The translations under genes and the position numbers were made by a program. Below the pieces are notes generated by a model. The model did not search any database, was not told the DNA's origin, and saw only the letters and a program-made list of their open reading frames with translations. This document shows, piece by piece, positions 62,685 through 64,000 of a stretch of 64,000 nt of DNA. Every line of letters starts with the position of its first letter. The first letter of the stretch is position 1. The stretch comes from Malacoraja senta (Eukaryota): assembly GCA_038087875.1 (NCBI GenBank), contig CM075993.1:4528001-4592000 (forward strand). The letters are read 5' to 3'.

Positions 62685-63584
62685 TGCGTTTCAATGGGGC
62701 ATCTTGGCCAAGTTGGGTCGAAGTTGTGTTGTATAACTCTAGGATTCCGACGAGAGGCACAAGTAATAACCACAGAGCTACAGCTAAAACAATCTGCCAA
62801 TCCCAAGAGGGATCCAGGATGAGAACCATGGTTATGTTTCTTACCCGAAGACCACACTAAATCTCGGCCCATAGCTGGCCAAGATTGGCTATCTCTATGA
62901 GGAATGTGCAACGCCTATGCACAGGGCCTTCGAGACTTGATTCTCTCAAAGCTATAATTTCTGAAAAGCTTTTTAGAAGATTAAAGGCTCAGAACAAGGA
63001 GTGAGTGGTAAGTGGGGGAAAAAATAAACTTTTGAATCTACCAAATTCATAAGCCATGCTGCAGCAGTGAATCTGCAGCTACAATACAATTAATCAAACT
63101 CGGAAATTTCTGAGACAACTTAAATTAACAGGTAATGGAATTTTTAAAAAACATGGAACAAAAACTAACTTTCAAGTGTTATTTGGCTCAATCTGTCCTT
63201 TCATCTGCACTTTTGCACTGCTCACCATTATTCTCAACACTAATCTGAGGCAAGAACATCGGGTTCCCTATTTAGTTTCACTAAAATTACAGTTCTCTAT
63301 TTCCCAATGTTTCCATTTTGTTGAAACCAGCCCACTGATTAATTAATCCCGTCAGAAACCACGATGTTTAAAAAAAAAAAAAATTTGAACTTCAAGGCAC
63401 ATGGCTGGAAAAGTGTCTAACCAGCATCCTTCATCCAAAAAAAAGCGAGACAAAGACTGAGGGACGGAACACAAGCCACAAGGAAGGAATTGGGGAAGAA
63501 AATTGACAGCATCTGCCTCATTTCTCTTGGATTTTTTAAAACTACCCCAAGGCGATGGACACCTAAACTGGATTTGAATCAAGG

Positions 63585-63938
63585 GTACACAAAAAAATGC
63601 TGGAGAAACTCAGCGGGTGCAGCAGCATCTATGGAGCGAAGGAAATAGGCAACGTTTCGGGCCAAAACCCTTCTTCAGACTGATGGGGGGTGGAGAGAAG
63701 AAAGGAAAAAGGCAGAGGAGGAGCCCGAGGGCTGAGGAAGGGGAGGAGACAGCAAGGGCTAACAGAATTGGGAGAATTCAATGTTCATGCCCCCAGGATG
63801 CAGACTCCCCAAGCGGAATATGAGGTGATGTTCCTCCAATTTCCGGTGTTGCTCGCTCTGGCCATGGAGGAGACACAGGATAGAGAGGTCGGATACGGAA
63901 TGGGAGGGGGAGTTGAAGTGCTGAGCCACCGGGAGGTC
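63585..63938 (-). mobile_element. Penelope-like element 3' fragment: GIY-YIG endonuclease C-terminus (63938-63759), 3'UTR, hammerhead motif and terminal repeat
   Basis: The - strand reads DLPVAQHFNSPSHSVSDLSILCLLHGQSEQHRKLEEHHLIFRLGSLHPGGMNIEFSQFC*, the PVA.HF...H / R..LE...I..L....P.G.N pattern of PLE endonucleases. It is followed by CTGAAGAAGGGTTTTGGCCCGAAACGTT. Confidence 0.85.
63651..63678 (-). ncRNA. Minimal hammerhead ribozyme motif downstream of the PLE GIY-YIG fragment
   Basis: - strand CUGAAGA-A-GGGU(UUUG)GCCC-GAAA-CGUU, ~80 nt after the ORF stop. Confidence 0.62.
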
Positions 63939-64000
63939 GTTCCTCGGTCTACTGTCAAGAGATACCTTGAATTATCGTTCTGGATTTGCCTTGACCATAT

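Noticed and set aside
37846..64000. Further upstream SCAPER exons (expected ...LLHEVIVCVGYFTVNHPDNQ)
   Set aside because: Not found by eye on the - strand. They probably lie beyond the window, but a TBLASTN is needed to be sure.

Overview
Vertebrate genomic DNA, most likely a cartilaginous fish (skate or ray), judged from HE1/V-SINE-like, SacSINE/DeuSINE-like, CR1, Rex1 and Penelope repeats. The window holds the 3' part of the LIM-homeobox gene ISL2 on + (exons 2976-3143 and 12880-12995). It also holds the last three coding exons of SCAPER on - (37845-37654, 37195-37144, 36884-36778), the same convergent ISL2/SCAPER arrangement as in human; everything beyond 37.85 kb appears to be SCAPER intron. 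Main points: (1) a 6.36-kb, apparently complete and young L1 with a 15-bp TSD whose 5'UTR+ORF1 is inverted relative to an intact ORF2, with junctions that reconstruct a gap-free twin-priming event; (2) many Penelope-like 3' termini carrying a minimal hammerhead-ribozyme motif, one still attached to a GIY-YIG C-terminal coding fragment and many folded back into ~200-bp palindromes; (3) a 1-nt frameshift in the ISL2 terminal exon and an assembly gap where the missing ISL2 exon(s) may lie; (4) several repeat-free candidate enhancer blocks and a CpG-rich domain downstream of ISL2. Family assignments come from recalled motifs, not database searches, and repeat boundaries are approximate.
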